This document shows positions 10,701 to 23,430 of a DNA stretch of 64,000 nt, one piece after another (the stretch's first letter is position 1; the number at the start of each line of letters is the position of its first letter). The translations under genes were made by a program, and so were the position numbers. The stretch covers positions 17,670,001 through 17,734,000 of the forward strand of contig CM120646.1 of assembly GCA_051362555.1 (NCBI GenBank), given 5' to 3'. The stretch comes from Lingula anatina (taxonomy: Eukaryota; Animalia; Brachiopoda). Below the pieces are notes generated by a model. The model saw only the letters and a list, made by a program, of their open reading frames with translations, did no database searches and was not told the origin of the DNA.

Positions 10701-13700
10701 CCAAATGGCCCTCCAAAATAACCATTGCTGTCTACCTTTACTGAAGCACGGAGAAAATGTGTACAGGACAATGCATGACATACATATTATTTTTCTGGTT
10801 AAAGGATATGACAAATCATCCTTAAAGGATGACAATCCTTTTCCTTAACACATATCTTTAATTAAATCTACCTTGCCCTTACCTGGGTTAAATAACCATG
10901 AGTAGAAATTGTCATTATTCTTGGCACATTTAATGTCCCTATGTTTAATCTTTATGTTTTCACCTTTCTCATCGTAATATCGTGATCCTTACTAGTACTT
11001 TTCCTCCTCCTCCTCCCCCTCTCTTTTAGAGGACCTTACGTTTTACTTAAACTAAGATATAAAGAAGTACTTAGGCTTTTGATTATATAGCCACTCTCTT
11101 TGTCATCCTTTAGTTTAGTGGTCATTAAAAATAAATGCGTCCAGGGATTCTAAAAAATCACCATGTAAGAAGTACATTTATTTAATTGGTTCACAAGCAA
11201 ATCTGCTGACAAACTTAAGGTCAACAAACTTTTGTACTAATGAATTTTTCCCAGCTTAACAAGTATGCATGACCTTTACATTTAACTGTCAATGTTAACA
11301 ACAGAATTGACTGTTTCCGGTGTTTAGTGTAAAACTAAGTGATGAAATAGTCCAGCACAGCCAAAGAGAAGAGGGAAGTAAGTAATGACCTTTTCAATGG
11401 GCAAAAATGATCAAACTTAAAGATATATAACTTTGCAATCACAAAATTATATTTCTGCAATATAGCATTAATTTGTGGTGCTTTACTGCATAGAATAGAA
11501 CTATAGAATATCCAGCTTTTTAATTTTGTTGCTACCACTCAATAGGAATGTTCTAATTTTTAGAAATTATGACTTAAAAAAAATACAGTATCTGTAAAAT
11601 TCACAACTTTCCCCCCATTGTAAAGACTGAGTAATTACCTTACATCGACATGGAATGGTCAACATGTATACTAAAACACTTAAGTTTTTGTACTATTAAG
11701 AAGTCCCCTAGAGTATAAATGTCAGTTCTCTATGCACTTTTCCTTTCAGACACAGTGATAAATGGACCCCTGTTTTAAGAAGGCTAATTATACATGTACA
11801 GGTATACATAAGCAACATTCATTTCATCACTTTGTCTCTGCAAGAGCAATCTATAAGAAACAAGATATGCATTTATTGTGAATTAAAATACTAATAAGAC
11901 AAATTAATGAGCAATACACATACCATGTACTCAATGTATATATTGTTCTGAGGAGGATCCTGCATGAGTAGTTCAGACAGTACATCAAACCTGAACTTTC
12001 ATCTTCAAACAAGCACATGGATCAATCAGCGAATTAAAGCTCAGGAACCCGATGGCCTCCCTCTTTGCAGTGGACAGAATAACAAAGAGGCCCCGCTGTG
12101 CTTCAGACAGTTTATCGGTTAATTAATCCAGTCCTCCAAATAAATCTAGTGAGTGTAATTAAGTGGTGTTTACTTGCTGAAAAACTCGGGTTCACTTTCC
12201 AAGGTTTATGCATTAAAATTGATGAAAATCTGTCCCAAATATTTAAAATACTCTTTGTTATGTCAAAGTAAAGATCTGTTCAATTAGAAAAAATAATGAG
12301 TGGTCATCATAAACATCAGGAATTATGGCTGATCCTCAAAAATCTTTGGGTTATAATGTAAAAGTAAAGTAAAATATGGTTTTTATATCCTGCACTAAAC
12401 AGTAGGTCTCACTGTAGTTTACAAAAAAAAAATGACAATTAATATGCCTAGCATATTTTTTGGCCCTCAGATTAAGTCTGGATATAGGTGTTCTCACCTC
12501 CCTAATATAAGATCTACTTCTAATTTCAAAGTCAAAAACAGCCACTAAAAGTTTTTGCCAAAGAATATTTGAATGAGGTATTGCAATTTTATCTATCAGG
12601 TTCAGATGATAAAATTCATTTGCTTAGAGCAAACATATTCTTGTCAAATATAATTTTTGTTATCACTAAATTTCATGTCCACATTTAAAGTGTAATAATT
12701 AGACTGTCATTTTGACATCACAGAAAATGATTATTTTAACCATCCAAATTTTATGACATGATAAAACCAATTAATGGTACATGATCTAAACTAGAATCCA
12801 ATTATTAATTAATTAAATTAGAATAACACAGAAAATGTGCATTATCTGACAAAATGCAATTTAGCTGTCATGGCAAACTCGTCTGCTCTAGTGAGTACAT
12901 AATGGGAAAATAATTTGAGAATTATATGAAAAAACTAACCAACCTAAGCAAGCAACTGTTTAATGAATGTACCCAGACAACTGTAATGAATCAGAAAAGT
13001 TAAATAAAATAGCAATTTTGAAATAAAATAATCACCTTTTGATGAAATTAAAATGATGAATGAAATTAGAATGATATTTCCACACACACACACTTACACA
13101 CACATACGCACACAAACACATGCATATACACTCATATACATGACTATGACTGTAAATCAATCACTCAATCAGTTAATTGATCAATCAATCAATTCATCAA
13201 CCGATCACAAACTTGATATCACTTACTTGATATCAAATCATCATACAGATATTTGTACAAAGATGCATATTTATCCATACGCTGTACATGTATCCCAAAA
13301 CACCCTCACACTAAACACATGCTCAAGGAGAAAATTCAAATGCCAGTTCAAGAACCTTGAACAATTTAATTATGGTGCAAAAGCACTTAATTATTATCTA
13401 TTTAATACATAACATGGCCTTCTTATATACTGTGAGCAAAAAAATCTTTGACAATTTTCAGCACGAACTTCATTTTAAATAATATGAAACATATGTCATC
13501 CTTTTCCAGTTTTCATTTCCTTTTCAAATTGAAGTTACATTTCCTTTCTGTTTCTCAGCCAGTATCTTGTACATATATGCTGGTATGACGTAAATCATTT
13601 TTAAAGAGACTTAAACAACAATTTTAAAAATCATGAAATCAAGTTTTTCACTGTGCACAGCCTCTTTTATATTATGATGGCAAAAAAGAAAATCATTTTA

Positions 13701-13778
13701 AGAGACTTAACTTTTTTTGCATCTATGAGACAAGGCATTTTGCCCCTTCTTCATTAAGACCTTGACTCAGAAACGTAC

Positions 13779-14189
13779 TTGCACTTGTTTTACCAACATT
13801 AAAAACATTGACTTGCCTGGCTTCCGTGCTTCCATACAAGTGATAGTCATGACTAGTCTGGTAAACTACTTTCTTGTACTGCTGGTGAACCGACGAAGCC
13901 GTCAGCATGGAGGACTTGCCGCCGGAGGCATGAGATATCTGAGGCAAGGAGGCATGCTCTGCGTAAGTGCTATTTACATACATCCTTTCACCATATTCAA
14001 GCTTGGACAAAACTGAAGGCAAGTTATCGGAGACCATCAGTGCAGAGGATGAGGAGGAGGAAGAAGAGGAGGATGAGGAGGTAGTAGCCATGGCAGAGCG
14101 ATGAGATGTGGTCATACCCGCACAGCTGTGGCGGAGGCCGCTGGTTTCTGTTTCAGTTTCAGTCTTCACTTTAATAACCGCGTGCTGCA
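13779..14189 (-). CDS. Probable coding exon of an unidentified minus-strand gene (Ser/Thr-rich low-complexity segment)
   Basis: Lies within ORF 13723-14211; higher GC than its flanks; strong acceptor TTTTTTCTTTCTGTTGCAG ending at 14190; candidate donor AA|GTACGT at 13778; poly-Ser encoded by mixed TCC/TCT/TCA codons. No domain recognised. Confidence 0.65.
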
Positions 14190-16689
14190 CTGCAACAGAA
14201 AGAAAAAACAATACTGCATTCTTGGCCTCCAGGGCCCAAGAGGTGAGGGGAATATCACTCCCTAGTCTTATTAATTACTTCTAATTTGGTATTATCTTCT
14301 CCTGCCTTCTTGCTGAGCCATTTTTCAACAGTGTTCCCATCATCAGCCTTATAAATCTCCCTGTTAAATCTCTGTCAATGATTTTCTCTGCTAATCCATT
14401 TTAGCCTTATCTTAGATTATCCATATGTTTCTGTCTTGTTAGCTTGTATGGTCTAGGCAGCAATAACGGGAACACAATGGGCGTTATAATACGCCGATCC
14501 CCAGTGGAACGGCTGTCATCTAATGGTCTGATTATTAAACATCATCCCAAGTCACAGAGACTGAACAAATCAAATACATGCTGAATCAGATTACACTGCT
14601 TTGGGGACACACTTACCTAGCTCATGTGGTTGATCTTGGTAACAGGAGCCTCTGCTAGCAGGGTTTTATTGATAATTTACTGAAAAAATGGGGGAATTTA
14701 ATGCTTGACTGGCATCTTGACTTTTGGTCAACTAATTGCTTAATCACAGAAAAAAAAAGTGGAATTGAAGTCGCTGTCAAATTAGCATTCAAATTTAGCT
14801 TGTTTTTGTGTCTTCACTTAATAAAACATTTTATTCAATTACACAAAGTTTGATCAAATGATACATGTAAACTACTTGTCGAAATGCTAGTCTAAAGGAC
14901 TATATTCAATACAAAATGTGAAAAGTGCATGTATCAATTGTACATTCTTGTACATCTACCCTGTTTTTGAACAGGTGAGTATCCTGTTATGCAAAAAAAA
15001 TAAGCAATTAAGTTTTTCCTGAGAAAAAACACCATATTTTCTCAACAGAATGGAACAGAAAATTTACCTGAACAATTATCTATTATTTCCTTTTAAAAAA
15101 TATGTTACTCATTATAAGCATATGCAAAAAAATTAAAAAACCAAAAAATTCAAAATTATGATTTAAATAGTAGCTACATAATGTTATTGGGACTTCAATT
15201 TCATTGCTATATTAATGGCATTCATTTTCAAAGGTCACTAACTGCAGAACATAAAAATTATTTTTATCATTAATCTCTTATCTGTAAATTGATCTCTTAT
15301 GTTTTATCTTAATTTTCACTTCTTTTTCTTCATTATAAACAATCCTTTTTAAAGAACATACTTAAGTTGTACAAAAAATACATGCACGAACGGAGAGAGA
15401 GAGAGATGAGAGAGAGAAAGATACCAGAAGCTGTGTGAAAGCCAGTATTCAGTAAGTCAGGCCAGACAAATGGTCTTTCTTTCACAAAAGAAAGGTTGAG
15501 ACTCCTGGGAAATTTAGTTCCTTCCTAAATATTTCCCTATTTGCAAAGTCAAGTGTCTTTTTCAAGAAGGGATACGCAATTAGTCAAGTGAAAATGAAAA
15601 AGCACATGTTGTGTGGCACTCTAAAACTACAGGGTATTTTACCAAAGATCACCAACAGAAGATCGGTCCTATTTTCTTGAGGTCATAACTTACAAATATC
15701 TAATTAGGGAGTTGCACCAGAGAAGAAGAAAAGCATTTTTCATAATTGGATAAGGTGGCTAATTAATCTCTTTACCAGGCATATTTCACCCATAGAATGC
15801 AAATTATATTTTATATTTCAAATTTCAAAAATTAAACAGCCAAAAGAAGCCTTGATGCACAATTCTCTGCAGTGTTAAAAAACAAGAGCATATCAGTGTT
15901 ACATCAAACAGATATGATAACCCAGGCATTTTCTGCACAGATTCAGTTAAGTCTTATTATCCAATGGTCCGCACTTTGAACAATAGGATAATTGCACTTG
16001 GATTTTGCTCTAAAGAGGTGATCACTTCAATATGTTACAAGCAAAATGTAAGTGCAATTACAGCTGTATCAGTTCGTTGTCCATAGCGCAGACCATGAGA
16101 TAAGTCAGTTACTCGTCATCCACTGTGCTACAGACAAGAGTGCATATATCACCTTATTTAGCTTGGTTTTCTTGCTTTGATAATTACACTTGGGTACATG
16201 GACAGTTTGTGTTGTAACTAGTACTAGTCTTTTTAATATACAACATTTGCTATGAGTCTTTCTATAAAAGCATCCTCCTTCTCCCCTTTATAAAAACAAT
16301 GACTACTTAGCCTTTTGCTGAATAACAAATAGACTCACACTGTGCAATTTAAATAAAACTGAGTAATGCTAATTTTCTACAGTAGTTACATTTATGTATG
16401 TTATTGCTACTGCACTGAGGTAAACAATTTTAATTTCAATTTCCTCACTTTTTGTAGACCTCAATGATAATGCTACCTGAGTTTTTATACACTAGCTTTT
16501 AAATTTACCTGACTTAATCAAAGTAGACTTAAGTTTTGGAGGAAATTAGTTATAAGATAAAATGTCAGTTTAAAGTTCTTGTGTATGAAACAAGCCTCTG
16601 GTAGGAATCAAGGTTGAAACCAAAGAAGAAATGAAAGCCACATCCTGTGCTGTAATATCCTCTCCTCCCCAACACAAACACCCAAAAAA

Positions 16690-16691
<2 letters not shown>

Positions 16692-16731
<40 letters not shown>
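16692..16731. repeat. (ATT)n microsatellite
   Basis: Direct reading. Confidence 0.95.
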
Positions 16732-16732
<1 letters not shown>

Positions 16733-17369
16733 TCTGTGAAATCACTTGATTGCAATCAAGTACCTGCCATCTAAAGTGAAACCTATCATCCCCTTTGTTA
16801 AAAGCAATGATAATGTAGCTTGAATCTTCTGTACGTTATCTATATATCCACTTGCTGGATAAAGATGAAAAGAATACATTCTACATCCGCCACTCATTTC
16901 GGTTGTGACAAGATAAGATGAGATGATAATAACTTTGAAGACAAGTAGTTACTTGAAGATGATGGGGAAAAGAAAAAAAAAACAACCAGAGAACTACTGG
17001 GTACTGGTATGAAAAAGGAAAACACAGACAACCAATAACCATGCATTCACCTGCAGATTCAATATCTGTTTATCAAATTTAAATAGACATATCCTACCAT
17101 TTAAGGTCCCCTATCACAGAAATAAATGTCCACTTCTTCCTTAATCTAAATATGTACATATTAAGACAAATCCAGACTTTTTAAAAACATTTCCTAGCTT
17201 TTTTGTCACACTCATGCCTTTTTTTTTTTCCTTTTTTTCCACGGGGTTTTGTCCAAAAGAAAAAAATGCCCGACATTGGGAAAATTTTCTAAGGGTGCTC
17301 CAATTTCCATTAATTGAACACAGAGTGGCTATTTTGTAAAACAGGAATATCATACATGTTCAATTATAC

Positions 17370-17544
17370 GGGGCCTTAGCGATAGTCCGAAGGTTCAGTA
17401 GTCCGAAGGTTCATTGGTCCGAATGTTCACTATAGAACCTTCGGACCAATGAACCCTTGATTAAAAAAATCGATGAAAATGTTACCACTTTTCGGACCAA
17501 TGAACCTTCGGACCAATGAACCTTCGGACTATCGAGACGCCACC
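17370..17544. mobile_element. Foldback-type MITE with inverted 16-bp subterminal repeats (MULE-like on TSD length)
   Basis: CAATTATAC duplicated at 17361-17369 and 17545-17553; GTCCGAAGGTTCA repeats on the left and TGAACCTTCGGAC repeats on the right; GG...CC ends. Confidence 0.8.
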
Positions 17545-17902
17545 CAATTATACTATATATAACGTGTATGCTGAAAAAGGCTATATATGTAAGAATATCT
17601 GTTAATTAATTAAGTCATTTCTTAATTTGTTTATCTATTTATAGAGAGAAAGAGGGGAAAGGAAAAACACTGCTCTTTCCACCATTGCTGAAACCCACCC
17701 ATAAGATTCTAGTAATTGTTCATCATCTAGATGTAATCACCACTTTTCTCAATCAGTAGCTTGGGGAATAAAACATATGCTCCTGATAATAATTATTCGC
17801 CAATTTTCCATGATTGCTCCTTTAATTAACTGCCAGGGTCACACATTACCAGCTCTTAAGAACAGATCCATTTGATAAGGTGCTCTTTCATTTATTATCA
17901 CT

Positions 17903-18376
17903 AAGGGCACATTCAGAACAAGATGATCCCTGGACTAACAGATCCCCAGATCAAATATGGACATGATCTAAACTAGACTAACAGTCCCTGGACTAACAGA
18001 TCCCCAGATCAAATATGGCAATCCACTTTGAAGCTTGCTGCATAATCCCCTTAGAGACAACCCTTCTGGATGGAATCTTTCAGTCCGCAGGTCAACTTTG
18101 GTTGTGAATGGGGCCTAAGACAAAACAGCACAGGTAAGTTCAGAACAATCCACATCTAGGCTGTATTCCCAGAGCTTTTAGAATGATATATCCCCGCGGG
18201 GAGTCTCACTAGATTACTGTCAGATAATCCAGCTTAAATGTCCGTCCCGCCTACAACAAGCTGTAAGGGGGTAATTAACTTTCGTGTCCGCTCGGCTGAC
18301 AGCTATTTAGCGAGAACCCCCAGGGAGTTAGGTCGATCTAAAGTAGATCGATCTAATCTCTGGAAATGGGGTCCTA
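17903..18376. mobile_element. Degenerate Harbinger-like MITE remnants
   Basis: Ends of the type GGGCACATTCAGAA / GAATGGGGCC / GAAATGGGGTCC, similar to the neighbouring element and to those at 28378 and 29503; internal duplication of TCCCTGGACTAACAGATCCCCAGATCAAATATGG. Confidence 0.5.
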
Positions 18377-18497
18377 GATATCATTTTATGAAAGGTACCC
18401 TCAATGCCACAATCCCTGGAACATGTGACAGCATACCCACAGCACAGTCTACTGCATCCATTTAGCTTACTTAGAGTGCATTCAGAACAGCAGACTA

Positions 18498-18781
18498 AGA
18501 TACCATTCAGAATAGATGATCAGAGTATTAACTGATCTGCCAACTAAATATGGCTGACCCTACTTCAAAAGTGATGCCACTAATTCCATGATGGTCTCCT
18601 CGCCTCCACAAGAGCTGTTGCTGCAGGGACCTAGCAATTAAACCTTGGAGCCGAGATTTAATCCCTTTAATGGTGGGTATAGAGACCATTGGGAATTAGC
18701 CGCATCACTTTTAAAGTGTGGTCGGCCATATTTAGTTGGCGGATCAATTAGTACTAGGATCATCTATTCTCAATGGCCCCT
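18498..18781. mobile_element. Palindromic MITE with ~95-bp imperfect arms (Harbinger-like)
   Basis: Left arm CCATTCAGAATAGATGATC...GCCAACTAAATATGGC...AAAAGTGATGC...ATGGTCTC is mirrored by the right arm GAGACCAT...GCATCACTTTT...GCCATATTTAGTTGGC...GATCATCTATTCTCAATGG. Confidence 0.75.
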
Positions 18782-19984
18782 ACCAGATCCCTTGATCAAA
18801 CATGGCCAACCAACTTGAATGCTTGTTGCGTAATCCCCAGGGGGATTCTATTCAGTGTATAATGTGGAATAATATTAAGCCACAAGCTTTTTGGTGGGTC
18901 ACCAAATTTGATCAGTGGATCAACTATGAAATAAAAAAACATGTATATGGAAATTGGTTTTGTATCATCTTGGAACACTTCACTGAGGCATCCAGTGCAC
19001 ACCTGTCTGTGAAAAATCTTCAAGCTACCAATTATCATTAGACATCAACTGATACATTGTAGTCACCGAGTCAATAATTTTAGGAATCTATCCAATCACT
19101 TAAGCTGATTTAGTTAATAGTAGAGGAAATATAAAGTAAACAATTTCAAAAAGGATATTTTTCGACATAGGTAATTACTTTAAATTTTCAAACACCCAAC
19201 TTTTTCTAATCTTGTTTCTTTTGAAGATTTATCATTTAAAAATACTCAGCAGTTTACTTTCTGACATGAAGTCAACTAACTTAATTGTAAGAACTATTGA
19301 ATTAACATTACTAAAAGAAAAAAATTCAAATTCATGTTGCTTGAAATTATTGAGTAATTACTGTACCAAGCAGGATTTTCTAGCCACGGCAGCTTTAAGG
19401 AAGATATGGTTTGGGTTTGTGTCACACTTTAAATGTTAGACCAGTTCTCAGTTAAATTTACCTCTAAATGACTACAAATCAATGTTGAAAATCTGAGCCA
19501 CAATCTGATAAAAACATTTTATCTTATCTTTATAATTATAAGGAATTAATTTACAAATCCAAGATGTTTTTGGGAGATCTACAAAAAATCATTTCTTGAT
19601 AAAACATAAATAATATTGTCAGTTAAATTTGGTAATATTCATCAATCAAGGATAAAACAGATACCAGCTGAGGGATGGTACAGTATGGGAAAGAAGTTCA
19701 TGATCCAGAAAAACAAAGATGATGATTGCACATGTGCATGCAGTTGATAAAAAGTACTTTATCCACAATAATAAGTTAATTGTTTTCAAGTAGCTATAGT
19801 ACCTGCACGCAAAGAACATCAATCCTTAAAATAGAAAAAATATAATTTTCCTGAAAATTCCAACACTTTTCCTTAATCACCATGGTAATAAGCCATACCT
19901 GCCTTTACTGATAAAGAGAAGCCCTGTTATCTATAATATTATAAATATACTGTCCACCACTGGAAACATCTGTATATTTATGTG

Positions 19985-20415
19985 TATGGTATGGTACACA
20001 GATATGGTATGATGTCGTATGGTATGGTATGGTATGATATGATCTCGTATGGTATGGTATGATATGATGTCGTATGGTATGGTATGGTATGGTATGGTAT
20101 GGTATGGTATGGTATGATATGGTATGGTATGGTATGCTATGGCATGGTATAGTATGATGTTGTATGGTATGGTATGGTATGGTATGGTATGATATGATAT
20201 GGTATGATGTCATATGGTATGGTATGGTATGATCTCGTATGGTATGGTATGATGTCGTATGGTATGGTATGGTATGGTATGATATAGTATGATCTCATAT
20301 GGTATGGTATGGAATGGTATGATGTCGTATGGTATGGTATGGTATGGTATGGTATGGTATGGTATGGTATGGTATGATATGGTATGGTACGTATCAATGG
20401 TATGGCATGGCATGG
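19985..20415. repeat. (TATGG)n pentanucleotide array; outlying patches near 20510-20570 and 20805-20885
   Basis: Direct reading; recurrent variant block GATGTCG/GATCTCG. Confidence 0.95.
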
Positions 20416-23116
20416 TTTAAGTATTTGCTATGGTTTTACATATGCATTGATTGGTTTTGAAAATTTGTGTAATGGTACGGTACTATAAGCAAGGGATAAG
20501 ATGGTCTAATATGGTTTGGTATGGTATGGAATATGTATGGTATGGCTTATGTATGGTTTGGTCTGGTCTGGTAAATTTTTATTACGGTATGGTATAGAAG
20601 TTTATTGATTGGACTTTGATATTAAATACCACTGAAGATTCAATTACCTAATACTAAATCTAAAAAAAAAACATACAAATACCATCTAATACTAAGTCTA
20701 CAAAACATGTAAATAACATTATTTACAATATAACATTTAGATATTTAAAAGAATGGTATATGCATGGTATGACACATGAATTGTATGGTGTTATAGCAAG
20801 TGGATGGTATGGTATAGTATGGTATGGTATGGTACAGTACGGTACTGTACAGTGTGGTGAATAATGGTATGGTACGTGTATGGTTTGGCACATGTATGGA
20901 ATGGTGCATGAAATGAATCTACTATGTGAAACAACCGACTGATTTATTCTTTGTGCTATAAAACATATAAATTAGTACCAAAAATATAAAAGAAACACCA
21001 GGCTAGTGATAAATGTTAACAAGTTTTAGATATAAATGAAGATCTTTTGCTAAAATTAAATCATTATGAACTTGTAGCAAAGCAAACTGTTAAGAGAATA
21101 TACTTATAAATATGTTTTATAATATATGGATTTAGCATTAAGACAAGTTGTGGACACTACATAACTCCCCTTCTTTAAACAGGGCCTCACATCAGAAGTG
21201 GAACATGGAACATATCGAAACTGAAATCTGTTCTGGTTTTACAACAGTCATAATATTTTATTCTTCAAACATACTAAATAATGGCAATTAGACAAAAAAA
21301 GTTGACAAAAACTGAGCTGCATTATACCCCTGCGAAAAAATTCTTGAACTGTTCTGGAATACTTTGGGCATTGTTCTGGAACACATGTTCCAGAACTGTT
21401 GTTCATAAGCCCTTCTGTTCTAGAACAGATTAAGCACATTACCTGAACGTTAAATGTTTTTAGTTATAAAAAACAATAAAAAGTGTCTAAGTACATGTAT
21501 ATTAATTGTTAATGGAAATGTGATTTCCTGTTTTGGTTTTCTCAAAGAATAAATTTCAAAGAAAGTAGCTCAATAGATGAAATGGAAACCAATAAGCAAA
21601 GTGAGAAGGTGATGAAATGTGGTGAAAAAGTAATATAATGATGAGAAACTAAATGATAATAATCAAATGTAAATGATTTACCCTACACTCATTTCCATGT
21701 GTTAATAAGCACACACGCAAATATATTCATATAATACTTATCATTGGGGAAAAAAATAATGTTTTGTTAATTCTGGTACAGTGTATGTATACCATACTAT
21801 CATGTAATACATTTATGGCCCCTTACAAAAAATACAGACTGTGGCTTCCTCCCTCTCATTTTTCAGAGATTACTAATGTATTTATATGTACAGGTAAAAA
21901 ATTGGAACAAACAAAATTAATCAATAACCTTTATGAAAATTAGACAATTTGAGCTTATGATCAAAGGGAACCTGCCACTGTGCCAAACAAAGCCACTGAT
22001 CCACATCTTTGTTTTTAAAAACAAAAAATGCCATTTGGAACATATGGGGCAAATGTCACCAAAATACATGCATAAAATGCAAATCAATAACCTGATTTTC
22101 AAAACAAAGCTGCAGTTTTAACCATACAAAGTCCCTCAGCAATTCAGAAGAAATTTGAAATTTAAAAACATAGTTTGGTGCTTATGGAGCAAACATTACA
22201 AAAATGCATGCAAAAGGTTCAAGAACTTTTGTCAAAATAATTCTGTCAAACTTATTTTCAAAATGAACCTGTTTTTTACCAATCAAAGCCACTCATTCAA
22301 TTTGAAGTAAAGCAAAAAATAAGGTATGGTGTGCAGGATGAGCAGCATTTTTTAGACAGCAATAGTGACAGCATCAGCACTAGTTAAATGGCATGGACAG
22401 ACAGTGATCAGAATGTATATGCAGGCACATACAGTGTCTATAATAGAAAAATTTTATGGCACACACTGAAAAAATGACGGTAATATTTTATAACTTTTTC
22501 TTTTTTCAAAATAAGGTCAGACAAAAATCATCAGTTATCTTGGGAAAATGTCTGTGGTTGAAAGACTGCAGAGTATTCATACAAAAATATTCATACAAAA
22601 ATACAGACAGCTTGGGTTTGTAAAAATATCTGATCATTTATAAGGGGAGAAAACGCTTAATTGTCTGGGGGGTCTAAAGTCACCTTAGGTTCCTTCAGAA
22701 CTACATTAAAAATCCTGGAATTCTGTGATTCAAGAGAAAAAAGTTATAAAAAAAGTTACAATAGGGCTTCCAAGATATTGATGCTAAAAGGTCTGGGCAG
22801 ACATGACTCAAATATCAGAAATATAATTCTATGAACTATTTTGGATATATAGCATGTATGCATGTACCTTGGTGAAAAGTTGAAAAGTATTGAAATATTC
22901 AGGAAAATTTGATCTTTGCTATTAATATAAAGATTTAATGCTCACTGTTTACCTTTGAAATCAAAAAGGAACACTATTGTACTTACATATATACATATCA
23001 TATTTGCATGAAAAATTTGTGTACATAATTTTTTTTAATTTAAGTAATTAAATATTAAAATTAAGTAATTAAAATAAATGTTGATTAGCCCTAACAAATA
23101 AAAATGTTCAAAGTCT

Positions 23117-23430
23117 ACTCACTTGTGTGATCCCTACAAACTGAAAGTTCAGTGCTCACAGTGAATTCGGTTCTAACCCTTGATAGATCTTCTAAGTCCT
23201 CTGTTCTCTGTAGGTTGAATTACCAAACTGCTCTCCAATTGGAAACTTTTCTTTAAATACCACACATGCTGTCAATCAAGTTATGTCAGAGCAAGCAATT
23301 CTGTGTTTAAAAAGTGTTTGTTATGTTAGAGGGCAGGAGCTGAGAGGTACAGGATGAGGTTGAGCAAATGACGTCCCAATGCAATATGACATCACTACCT
23401 AACCCCCCCTTACCACCCCCCATCGCCCAC
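23117..23430 (-). promoter_or_regulatory. Candidate alternative non-coding first exon and promoter of the minus-strand gene
   Basis: Minus-strand donor CAA|GTGAGT (23122-23117); TGACGT, CCAAT, TGACATCA and C-rich boxes at about 23369-23430. Motif evidence only. Confidence 0.35.

Noticed and set aside
19905-20413. YHTIP-repeat ORFs
   Set aside because: These are translations of the (TATGG)n pentamer array, open in three frames.
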